IMG/VR virus record: IMGVR_UViG_3300045988_001624
Location: 1-5,937 of that record
Strand: one strand, 5' to 3'
From: a virus
Length of the DNA stretch: 5,937 nt
This document shows, piece after piece, positions 1 to 5,433 of this stretch. The position numbers and the translations under genes are program-made. Under the pieces are notes generated by a model. The model worked only from the letters and a program-made list of their open reading frames with translations. It made no database searches and was not told the origin of the DNA. Position 1 is the first letter of the stretch, and each line of letters starts with the position of its first letter.

Positions 1-55
1 GGTATTCGACTGTAAGAAAAAAGGAGAAAAACAATGGAACACAACTATTATGGCA
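1..55. repeat. Terminal redundancy: 1-55 is identical to 5883-5937, the signature of a circular genome assembled with overlap. True unit length is 5882 nt.
   Basis: Direct comparison of the first 55 nt (ggtattcgactgtaagaaaaaaggagaaaaacaatggaacacaactattatggca) with the last 55 nt of the window; exact match. Confidence 0.95.
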
Positions 56-273
56 TCTGGGACAGCGTAGCAAAATGTTACGCATGGATTGGCGAGAGCA
101 AAAATGACCAGACGTTTGCACGCATGTGCAACGTAATGCAGAAGGACGAAAAGACCTTTATCGGGCAGTCGCCGCAGGACTACGCCGGGCACAAACTGGC
201 AGTGTTCAACGACGAAAGCGGAGAATTCACCAACTACAAAGAAAAAGTGTGGGAGGGTAAGCCGAATGAATAA
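34..273 (+). CDS. Hypothetical small protein, 79 aa. By position (between the small basic protein and the VP3-like gene) it could be a VP5-like accessory protein; function unknown.
   Basis: ATG at 34 preceded by AAGGAG (21-26) with 7-nt spacing. Stop TAA 271-273 overlaps the ATG of the next gene (ATGAATAA), suggesting translational coupling. Same strand and A-rich codon style as the other genes. Confidence 0.55.
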   Translation: MEHNYYGIWDSVAKCYAWIGESKNDQTFARMCNVMQKDEKTFIGQSPQDYAGHKLAVFNDESGEFTNYKEKVWEGKPNE

Positions 274-700
274 AAGATACGAAGAAGGGCGAAAGCCCTT
301 CTTTTCTGAATCAGGCAAAACACAACGAAAACAATACGTTTGGGCAAAAAACAAAGAAGGCAAAGAATATCTGCAGGAAACAGAAAGCATTGACATTCAA
401 GCAGAAATTGAAAGCTATGCAGACGAATGCGATATTAAAAACATTGTACGAAAAGCAAGTTTTGACCCGCAGTTTATGCAGAGCCTTTCACAGGGAGCAT
501 TGGACGGGACAGAGACAGATATCACGGAATGGCCACAGAACATCCACGAGTATCATCGAATGATTGCAACAGCACGAGCAAACGCAATTGCACTGCAGAA
601 GATGCAGAAAGAAGCGCCAAAAGAAACGCCAAAAGAAACGCCAAAAGAAACGCCAAAAGAAACACCAAAGGAAGGAGAGAAGAAGAGTGAATCGGAATAA
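266..700 (+). CDS. VP3: Putative internal scaffolding protein (VP3-like), 144 aa, with a C-terminal (KETP)x5 low-complexity tail.
   Basis: Sits immediately upstream of VP1, as VP3 does in gokushoviruses. The acidic middle region followed by a W-P-x-N...A-rich helix resembles gokushovirus VP3 architecture as I recall it. Start is translationally coupled to the upstream ORF. A 12-nt tandem repeat encodes the PKET repeats. Confidence 0.55.
   Translation: MNKRYEEGRKPFFSESGKTQRKQYVWAKNKEGKEYLQETESIDIQAEIESYADECDIKNIVRKASFDPQFMQSLSQGALDGTETDITEWPQNIHEYHRMIATARANAIALQKMQKEAPKETPKETPKETPKETPKEGEKKSESE
282..308 (+). terminator. Hairpin with a GNRA loop: stem aagaagggc / gcccttctt (9 bp), loop gaaa, followed by a T-rich run. 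It lies 9 nt after the stop of the 79-aa ORF and inside the 5' end of the VP3-like gene. Candidate leaky terminator or mRNA-stabilising structure.
   Basis: Inverted repeat 282-290 / 295-303 read directly from the sequence, followed by ttct. Confidence 0.4.
616..675 (+). repeat. Tandem 12-nt repeat gccaaaagaaac: 4 perfect copies plus 1 degenerate copy, in frame within the VP3-like gene, encoding (P-K-E-T)n.
   Basis: Perfect copies at 616-627, 628-639, 640-651 and 652-663; degenerate copy at 664-675. Confidence 0.9.
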
Positions 701-728
701 CGAACGGCATTTTAACCAGATTCCGGAA

Positions 729-2360
729 ATGAAAGCAAGCCGAACGCGATTCAATCGAGATCAGACGATTTTAACGACATTCGACGCGGGTAAACTCATC
801 CCATTTTACGTGGATGAAGTATTGCCGGGTGACACTTTCAGCGTGGATACAGCGGCGATTATCCGTATGACAACGCCAAAATACCCGGTAATGGACGATA
901 GTTTTATCGACTTTTACTATTTCTTCTGTCCGAACCGCATTTTGTGGGACAACTTCAAATACTTTATGGGCGAAGTGGAGGAAACTCCGTGGATGCCTAC
1001 AAAAACGTATGCTGTACCACAAATCAAAATCAACGGAAATAGTGCAGTAGCTAAACCAAATGAAAGGTCAATTCTTGACTACATGGGCGTGCCCACAAAG
1101 ATAAATAAACCATTCAGTGTAAACGCGCTTCCTGTCAGAGCATACGTTAAAATCTGGAATGAATTTTTCAGAGACCAAAACGTAGATAACGCAGCAAGCA
1201 TAAAAACGGATGACGAAGACGTAATCTATAATTCAACAGAAGACCAAAAGGGAACTTTGGAAGAAGACCTGAAGTTTGCAATCAGCGGCAACAACCTGTT
1301 ACCGGTTAATAAATTCCACGACTATTTCACAAGCTGCCTACCGTATCCGCAGAGAGGGCCAAACGTAACACTACCGCTAACTGGAAATGCAAGAGTAGAA
1401 TGGAGTTTTTCAACAGAAGAACTGCAGAATTACGGAATCATGACCAGCAACGGTGAAACACATCTGATACCGACAAACGGAAATACGTTAGGAGCACCCA
1501 CAAGAAACGAAGATAACGGAAAGGCAAGAGTAATATTTGGAAAAGACACAAACGGAGTATCTACATGGGTGCCAATGGAAGCAAGGCTAGACAATGCAAC
1601 ATCAGCAACAATCAACCAGCTTCGACAGGCCATCAGCGTGCAACAGTACTACGAAGCACTAGCAAGAGGTGGCTCACGGTACAGAGAGCAAGTACAGGCA
1701 ATTTGGGATGTCATCATTTCGGATAAAACGGTACAAGTGCCTGAATATCTGGGCGGCGGACGCTATCACGTCAATATCAACCAAATTGTGCAGACCAGTG
1801 GCCAGCAGACAAACAATGATACACCCATTGGTGAAACCGGTGCAATGTCCGTCACACCTATCAATGAAAGTTCTTTCACAAAGAGTTTCGAAGAGCATGG
1901 CTTTGTGATTGGCGTGTGTTGCGTAAGACATAGCAGAAGCTACCAACAGGGGCTTGAACGTTTCTGGAGCAGAAAAGACCGCCTTGACTATTATGTGCCG
2001 CAGTTCGCAAATCTGGGAGAACAGCCAGTAAAAAAGAAGGAAATCATGCTCACCGGCAATACAACCGATGATGAAACCTTTGGCTATCAAGAAGCATGGG
2101 CAGACTACCGGATGAAGCCAAACCGTGTAAGCGGTTTAATGCGAAGCAACGCAACGAGAACGCTCGATTTCTGGCACTATGCAGACAACTATGCAGAAGT
2201 TCCTACACTGTCGCAAGAGTGGATGGCAGAAGGAAAAGCGGAAATCGCAAGAACGCTAATTGTAGAGGACGAGCCCCAATTCTTTGGAGCAATCCGCGTA
2301 GCAAACAAGACAACTCGCAGGATGCCGCTTTACAGCGTGCCGGGGCTGTACAAACTGTAA
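729..2360 (+). CDS. VP1: Major capsid protein VP1 (Microviridae F-like / gokushovirus VP1), 543 aa from ATG 729. An alternative GTG start at 687 has a strong SD.
   Basis: The N-terminal region TTFDAGKLIPFYVDEVLPGDTF...FYYFFCPNRILWDNF is the hallmark conserved block of gokushovirus VP1. Length fits VP1. Stop TAA 2358-2360. Confidence 0.93.
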   Translation: MKASRTRFNRDQTILTTFDAGKLIPFYVDEVLPGDTFSVDTAAIIRMTTPKYPVMDDSFIDFYYFFCPNRILWDNFKYFMGEVEETPWMPTKTYAVPQIKINGNSAVAKPNERSILDYMGVPTKINKPFSVNALPVRAYVKIWNEFFRDQNVDNAASIKTDDEDVIYNSTEDQKGTLEEDLKFAISGNNLLPVNKFHDYFTSCLPYPQRGPNVTLPLTGNARVEWSFSTEELQNYGIMTSNGETHLIPTNGNTLGAPTRNEDNGKARVIFGKDTNGVSTWVPMEARLDNATSATINQLRQAISVQQYYEALARGGSRYREQVQAIWDVIISDKTVQVPEYLGGGRYHVNINQIVQTSGQQTNNDTPIGETGAMSVTPINESSFTKSFEEHGFVIGVCCVRHSRSYQQGLERFWSRKDRLDYYVPQFANLGEQPVKKKEIMLTGNTTDDETFGYQEAWADYRMKPNRVSGLMRSNATRTLDFWHYADNYAEVPTLSQEWMAEGKAEIARTLIVEDEPQFFGAIRVANKTTRRMPLYSVPGLYKL

Positions 2361-2362
2361 GA

Positions 2363-2395
2363 AAGGAGGAAGCCGGGAGAAATCCCGGCTATTTT
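2363..2395 (+). promoter_or_regulatory. SD AAGGAGG (2363-2369) followed by a perfect 8-bp hairpin (agccggga gaaa tcccggct, 2371-2390) and atttt, 10 nt before the VP2 ATG. Candidate leaky terminator and/or a structured RBS that folds to bring the SD near the start codon.
   Basis: Perfect inverted repeat AGCCGGGA / TCCCGGCT with a GAAA tetraloop, seen directly in the sequence. There is no SD within 15 nt of ATG 2401 unless the hairpin is folded out. Confidence 0.5.
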
Positions 2396-2400
2396 AAAAA

Positions 2401-3309
2401 ATGGCGTTTGGAATAGACGACTTCTTGATGTTAGCCGGAGGCATTGGAACGGTAGCAAACACAATAGGAAACGTGGCAAATGCCGCAGGAAACGTAGGAA
2501 GATTATTCGGCGGATGGGGTCAAACAGGCCAGAGCCAGAGCGCGGGCGGAAGCACACAGCAAGGTGGCGGAAGCAGTCAAAGCATGAGCAAATCCGGAAC
2601 GAATGATGAACAGGTGATGCAGTATCTGAAAAATGCATACCAATATCAGACAGCAGAAGGACAAAGACAAAGTCAATTTAATCAACGATCTATGTTGGAA
2701 CAGATGGGTTACAACACACTAGGAGCAATCGCACAAGGCATATACAATCACATCGAAAACGCAGCGGCAATGAACTTCAACTCGACAGAAGCAATGAAAA
2801 ACCGGGAATGGCAAGAATACATGTCAAATACAGCCTATCAGAGGGCAGTTGAAGACATGAAAAAAGCTGGACTTAATCCTATATTAGCATTCCAGAACGG
2901 CGGCGCAAGCACGCCCGGAGGAAGCGCAGGAACGATATCAGGTGCAAGCATGGGAGCGCCATCATCAAGTGCGCTAGGAGTAAGCAGAGCAAGTGGATTC
3001 GTGCCTAACTCTTACTCAAGTGAAAGTTGGTCAAAAAGTGATTGGTACAACGCTGCACAAAGCTGGAATCAAATGTTGAGTTCAACGGGAATGTCACCAT
3101 ATGGCCTAATGAAAGCATTTGAAGGAATCAACAACGGTGTCGATAACGTAATGGACGAAAACGTGCCAAACAACAGAAAATCCGGAAATAACAAGCATGG
3201 AGGTATAACAGCACAAAACTTTGGTGGTACAAAAAAGAACACAGTAACCATGCAAGACAAAACAGGAAGTTACGGACAAAAGAGAAAGCCAGGTGATTAT
3301 TTAAAGTGA
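2401..3309 (+). CDS. VP2: Minor capsid / DNA pilot protein VP2, 302 aa.
   Basis: Gly/Ala/Asn-rich N-terminus (GGIGTVANTIGNVANAAGNVG). Contains the conserved gokushovirus VP2 block NREWQEYMSNTAYQRAVEDMKKAGLNPILAF. Located directly after VP1, as in gokushoviruses. Confidence 0.9.
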   Translation: MAFGIDDFLMLAGGIGTVANTIGNVANAAGNVGRLFGGWGQTGQSQSAGGSTQQGGGSSQSMSKSGTNDEQVMQYLKNAYQYQTAEGQRQSQFNQRSMLEQMGYNTLGAIAQGIYNHIENAAAMNFNSTEAMKNREWQEYMSNTAYQRAVEDMKKAGLNPILAFQNGGASTPGGSAGTISGASMGAPSSSALGVSRASGFVPNSYSSESWSKSDWYNAAQSWNQMLSSTGMSPYGLMKAFEGINNGVDNVMDENVPNNRKSGNNKHGGITAQNFGGTKKNTVTMQDKTGSYGQKRKPGDYLK

Positions 3310-4325
3310 GCTGCTATAAGCCGTTAATACGGATATACAGCCCAGAAAACAGAGAAATTAGCGGGCAAGTGTATTCACTTGCCCGCTATTCTGAAAGAGT
3401 GGGCAAAAAATTAAAATATGAAGATTTAATATATGAACCAAAAGTTATGTTAATACCTTGTGGGCAGTGCATCGGATGCAGAATACAGCAAAGAGAAGAC
3501 TGGACAACAAGAATTGAACTAGAAGCGAGACAATGGCCGAAAGAGCAAGTATGGTTTATCACATTAACATATGATGATGAACACATACCGGGAATGATTC
3601 TTAGTACAGGCGAAATCATGAGAAAAGTGCAGTATGTTTGGAAACCAGGGAAAAAAACACCGGAAAGCGTGCAAACACTACTATACACAGACGTGCAGAA
3701 ATTCTTAAAAAAGCTCAGAAGAGCTTACAAATCAAGATTAAGATTCTTCTGTGCAGGAGAATATGGAGAGCAAACGGCAAGGCCGCATTATCACATGATA
3801 CTATACGGATGGGAACCAACAGACCTGAAACAGCTATACAAAATCCAACACAACGGATACTTTACTTCAGAAACACTTTGTAAAATTTGGGGCAATGGAA
3901 ATGTGCAAATTGCACAAGCAACACCGGAAACATACAGGTATGTTGCCGGATACGTAACGAAAAAAATGTACGAAATTGATGGCAAAAAAGCAAATACTTA
4001 CTATGAGCTAGGGCAACAAAAGCCATTCGCGTGCATGTCACTTAAACCGGGACTAGGAGATGCCTACTATAAAGAGCACAAAGAAGAAATCTGGAGACAA
4101 GGCTACATTCAATGCACCAACGGAAAACAAGCACAGATACCGCGATACTATGAAAAGATGATGGAAAAAGAAAACCCAGAAAGGCTGTGGAGAATCAAGC
4201 AAAATAGGCAAAGAAAAGCAATCGAGCAAAAAAGGCTACAGCTGGAAGGCAAAGACTACAAAACACAATTAGAAACAAAGGAGCGTGTTATCAAAAAACA
4301 AACGAGAAAGCGTGGAATCCTTTAA
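3306..4325 (+). CDS. VP4: Rolling-circle replication initiator VP4 (phiX174 gene A-like HUH endonuclease), 339 aa, with a GTG start overlapping the VP2 stop (GTGA).
   Basis: N-terminal CxxC block (CGQCIGCR). Motif I FITLTYDD, motif II HUH as PHYHMILY (codons at 3786-3794) and motif III YVAGYVTKK (Tyr codons at 3939 and 3951). Motif III is near-identical to phiX174 A protein YVAKYVNKK. SD AGGTGA at 3291-3296, 9 nt upstream of GTG 3306. An in-frame stop at 3294-3296 excludes any upstream start. Confidence 0.92.
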   Translation: MSCYKPLIRIYSPENREISGQVYSLARYSERVGKKLKYEDLIYEPKVMLIPCGQCIGCRIQQREDWTTRIELEARQWPKEQVWFITLTYDDEHIPGMILSTGEIMRKVQYVWKPGKKTPESVQTLLYTDVQKFLKKLRRAYKSRLRFFCAGEYGEQTARPHYHMILYGWEPTDLKQLYKIQHNGYFTSETLCKIWGNGNVQIAQATPETYRYVAGYVTKKMYEIDGKKANTYYELGQQKPFACMSLKPGLGDAYYKEHKEEIWRQGYIQCTNGKQAQIPRYYEKMMEKENPERLWRIKQNRQRKAIEQKRLQLEGKDYKTQLETKERVIKKQTRKRGIL

Positions 4326-4337
4326 TCGGTGTCACTT

Positions 4338-4374
4338 AGCCCAGTACCTATCAAGTAGGGTACTGGGCTTTATT
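4338..4374 (+). terminator. Rho-independent terminator-like hairpin immediately after the VP4 stop: stem AGCCCAGTACC / GGTACTGGGCT (11 bp, extendable to 13), loop tatcaagtag, then tttatt.
   Basis: Inverted repeat 4338-4348 / 4359-4369 followed by a T-tract at 4369-4374. The loop is the reverse complement of ACTTGATA (see findings). Confidence 0.6.
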
Positions 4375-4420
4375 CGCGCGCACACGCGCACGCGTAGACG
4401 CGCGCACACGCGCACGCGTA
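4375..4420. repeat. Two tandem copies of the 22-nt unit cgcgcgcacacgcgcacgcgta (4375-4396 and 4399-4420), separated by ga. Each unit alternates pyrimidine and purine perfectly and is GC-rich, so it is Z-DNA-prone. Each unit contains an MluI-type palindrome acgcgt.
   Basis: Exact 22/22 identity between the two copies, read directly. Strict Y-R alternation across each 22-mer. Confidence 0.9.
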
Positions 4421-4458
4421 TTATTATATAACTTGTTGTAGCCGTAGTAGTAGAGTAA

Positions 4459-4622
4459 GTTGAAAAGTTAAAAACAGATAATTTTGAACGTTAAAACATT
4501 AAAAAAAGATAAAAACAAGCGTTGAAAGATTTGTTGAAAAAATGTTAAAATGTTAAAATACTCTATTGTGCTAAAGTTTAACAATGTGGAAATGTTGAAA
4601 ACTCTGTGGAAAATGTTGAAAA
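4459..4622. repeat. AT-rich iteron-like array with at least 9 copies of a TGTT(G/A)AAA(A) core. It includes a perfect tandem tgttaaaa x2 (4543-4558) and a ~18-nt direct repeat tgtggaaa(a)tgttgaaaa (4585-4601 and 4605-4622). Candidate DNA-unwinding / protein-binding region.
   Basis: Motif occurrences: gttgaaaa 4459-4466, gttaaaaa 4467-4474, gttaaaac 4490-4497, gttgaaag 4521-4528, tgttgaaaa 4532-4540, tgttaaaa 4543-4550 and 4551-4558, tgttgaaaa 4593-4601 and 4614-4622. Confidence 0.7.
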
Positions 4623-4765
4623 GAACGGCAAATAGAGCAGGACAAGTGGCGGCCGCAAAGTCTGACGGACCGCGCCAATATTTGAAGATGTGCGCCTTCG
4701 GGCGGGAGTTCAACGGCGGTCCTATCCTAGGAAAGGTTACAAATTATTACAAAGAAGCAAAATCA

Positions 4766-4794
4766 TTGAAAAAGGTATTGACAAGTAATATAAT
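4766..4794 (+). promoter_or_regulatory. Sigma70-like promoter: -35 TTGAAA (4766-4771), 17-nt spacer, -10 TATAAT (4789-4794). Predicted TSS is near 4801, driving the downstream small-gene block.
   Basis: Consensus hexamers with canonical spacing. First credible ORF starts 23 nt downstream, with a GGTGA SD. Confidence 0.45.
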
Positions 4795-4823
4795 GGAACC
4801 AGAAAGAAAGAACGGTGAAAACC

Positions 4824-5036
4824 ATGAAAACAAAATGGCTTACAAAAAAACAACTGGAATATTTAAAAGTGAACGGCAGAGTATGGGGAAACAAATACTA
4901 TTATGTAAAAGTAGTACATGGAATCGTAAAATACCATGAAATCTATTACAAAACAGAAACAGGAAAAAAGCTCATGACTGATGATTATGCAACATTCAAT
5001 AGTTTATGGAAATACGCAAAGATAAAAGAGGATTGA
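4824..5036 (+). CDS. Hypothetical Tyr/Lys-rich small protein, 70 aa from ATG 4824 (the ORF track shows a GTG at 4815). No transmembrane segment.
   Basis: ATG 4824 is preceded by GGTGA (4814-4818). A-ending codon bias matches the rest of the genome. Stop TGA 5034-5036 sits just before the peptidase RBS/start. Confidence 0.45.
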   Translation: MKTKWLTKKQLEYLKVNGRVWGNKYYYVKVVHGIVKYHEIYYKTETGKKLMTDDYATFNSLWKYAKIKED

Positions 5037-5041
5037 CGAAA

Positions 5042-5431
5042 ATGATTAAATGCTATATCATGGATACAGACGCAAATGAAAATGTTGGCAAGCACTTCAA
5101 AGTAAAAGAATTCGCGTGCAAAGATGGTTCACAGGTAGTTTTCATAGACAGCTATCTAGTATCAATTCTGGACATTCTCAGAAACCAAGTTGGAAAGCCA
5201 GTGCACATAAACAGTGGATACAGGACACCAACAAGGAATAAATCGGTAGGCGGTGCAAAGTACTCATACCATATGCGGGGAATGGCCGCGGACATTCGGG
5301 TTAATGGCATGACCTCAAAAGAAATCGCCAACAAACTGAAAAAAATCATCCCGACTGGCTGTGGAATCATCGTATACAGTACATGGGTACACATCGACAC
5401 GCGCACCAAAGCATACAGAAAGGGGGTGTAA
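5042..5431 (+). CDS. Peptidase M15_3 family (zinc D-Ala-D-Ala carboxypeptidase / endolysin-like peptidoglycan hydrolase), 129 aa from ATG 5042. The ORF track's upstream ATG at 5006 has no RBS.
   Basis: Near-textbook Peptidase_M15_3 signature: F..EF.C.DG....L...L..LR...GKP..INSGYRTP..N..VGGA..S.H..G.AADI.V.G........GCG..VY...VHID.R, including the H...D...H zinc-ligand pattern. RBS AAGAGGA at 5026-5032, 9 nt before ATG 5042. Confidence 0.9.
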   Translation: MIKCYIMDTDANENVGKHFKVKEFACKDGSQVVFIDSYLVSILDILRNQVGKPVHINSGYRTPTRNKSVGGAKYSYHMRGMAADIRVNGMTSKEIANKLKKIIPTGCGIIVYSTWVHIDTRTKAYRKGV

Positions 5432-5433
5432 AA

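Noticed and set aside
1-55. Terminal direct repeat as a biological DTR or packaging terminal redundancy.
   Set aside because: Microviridae have covalently closed circular ssDNA genomes. An exact 55-nt end duplication, with genes running across it, is the usual signature of circular assembly overlap.
392-425. TTGACA at 392-397 as a possible internal promoter within the VP3-like gene.
   Set aside because: The best -10 candidate at the correct spacing (agctat) matches consensus poorly. Not supportable from sequence alone.
564-728. N-terminal extension of the VP1 frame from TTG 564 giving a poly-basic RKKRQKKRQKK... arm.
   Set aside because: It starts with a weak TTG without an SD, lies wholly inside the VP3-like gene, and its basic repeats are just the +1 reading of the KETP DNA repeat. 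ATG 729 or GTG 687 are far better starts.
488-754. Minus-strand ORFs 488-754 and 522-710 (FFWRFFWR / LLAFLLAF repeats).
   Set aside because: Low-complexity translations of the complementary strand of the 12-nt tandem repeat. No RBS, and they lie opposite a clear + strand gene.
1674-2090. Minus-strand 138-aa ORF, together with the other ORFs embedded in VP1 (771-1022 and 1430-1633 on the minus strand, 1669-1908 on the plus strand).
   Set aside because: They are embedded in the strongly supported VP1 gene. Microviruses encode all genes on one strand, and none has an RBS or recognisable domain.
2096-2416. + strand 106-aa ORF overlapping the VP1 3' end and the VP1-VP2 junction.
   Set aside because: Arg-rich translation of an alternative frame across a hairpin and RBS region. 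No start context, and it is displaced by the better-supported VP1, hairpin and VP2 calls.
3638-3883. +1-frame 81-aa basic ORF nested inside VP4, reminiscent of the phiX174 nested genes.
   Set aside because: No SD before ATG 3638. The basic composition is expected from the A-rich sequence in an alternative frame. Nested genes are not established for gokushovirus-type VP4. Worth a conservation check but not callable.
4778-4794. TTGACA (4778-4783) immediately followed by TATAAT (4789-4794).
   Set aside because: The spacer is only 5 nt, so this pair cannot be a -35/-10 promoter. The functional pairing is TTGAAA 4766-4771 with the same TATAAT at a 17-nt spacing.
4550-4939. 129-aa + strand ORF spanning the iteron array, the GC island, the promoter and the start of the 70-aa gene.
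   Set aside because: Its N-terminus is a translation of the TGTTGAAAA repeats (MLK...MLKTLWKMLK). It runs through a consensus promoter and overlaps the better-supported 4824-5036 ORF out of frame. More likely non-coding regulatory DNA.
5006-5041. Upstream ATG 5006 as the peptidase start, as in the ORF track.
   Set aside because: No SD precedes it and it would overlap the 70-aa ORF by 31 nt. ATG 5042 has an AAGAGGA RBS at ideal spacing and begins right after the upstream stop.
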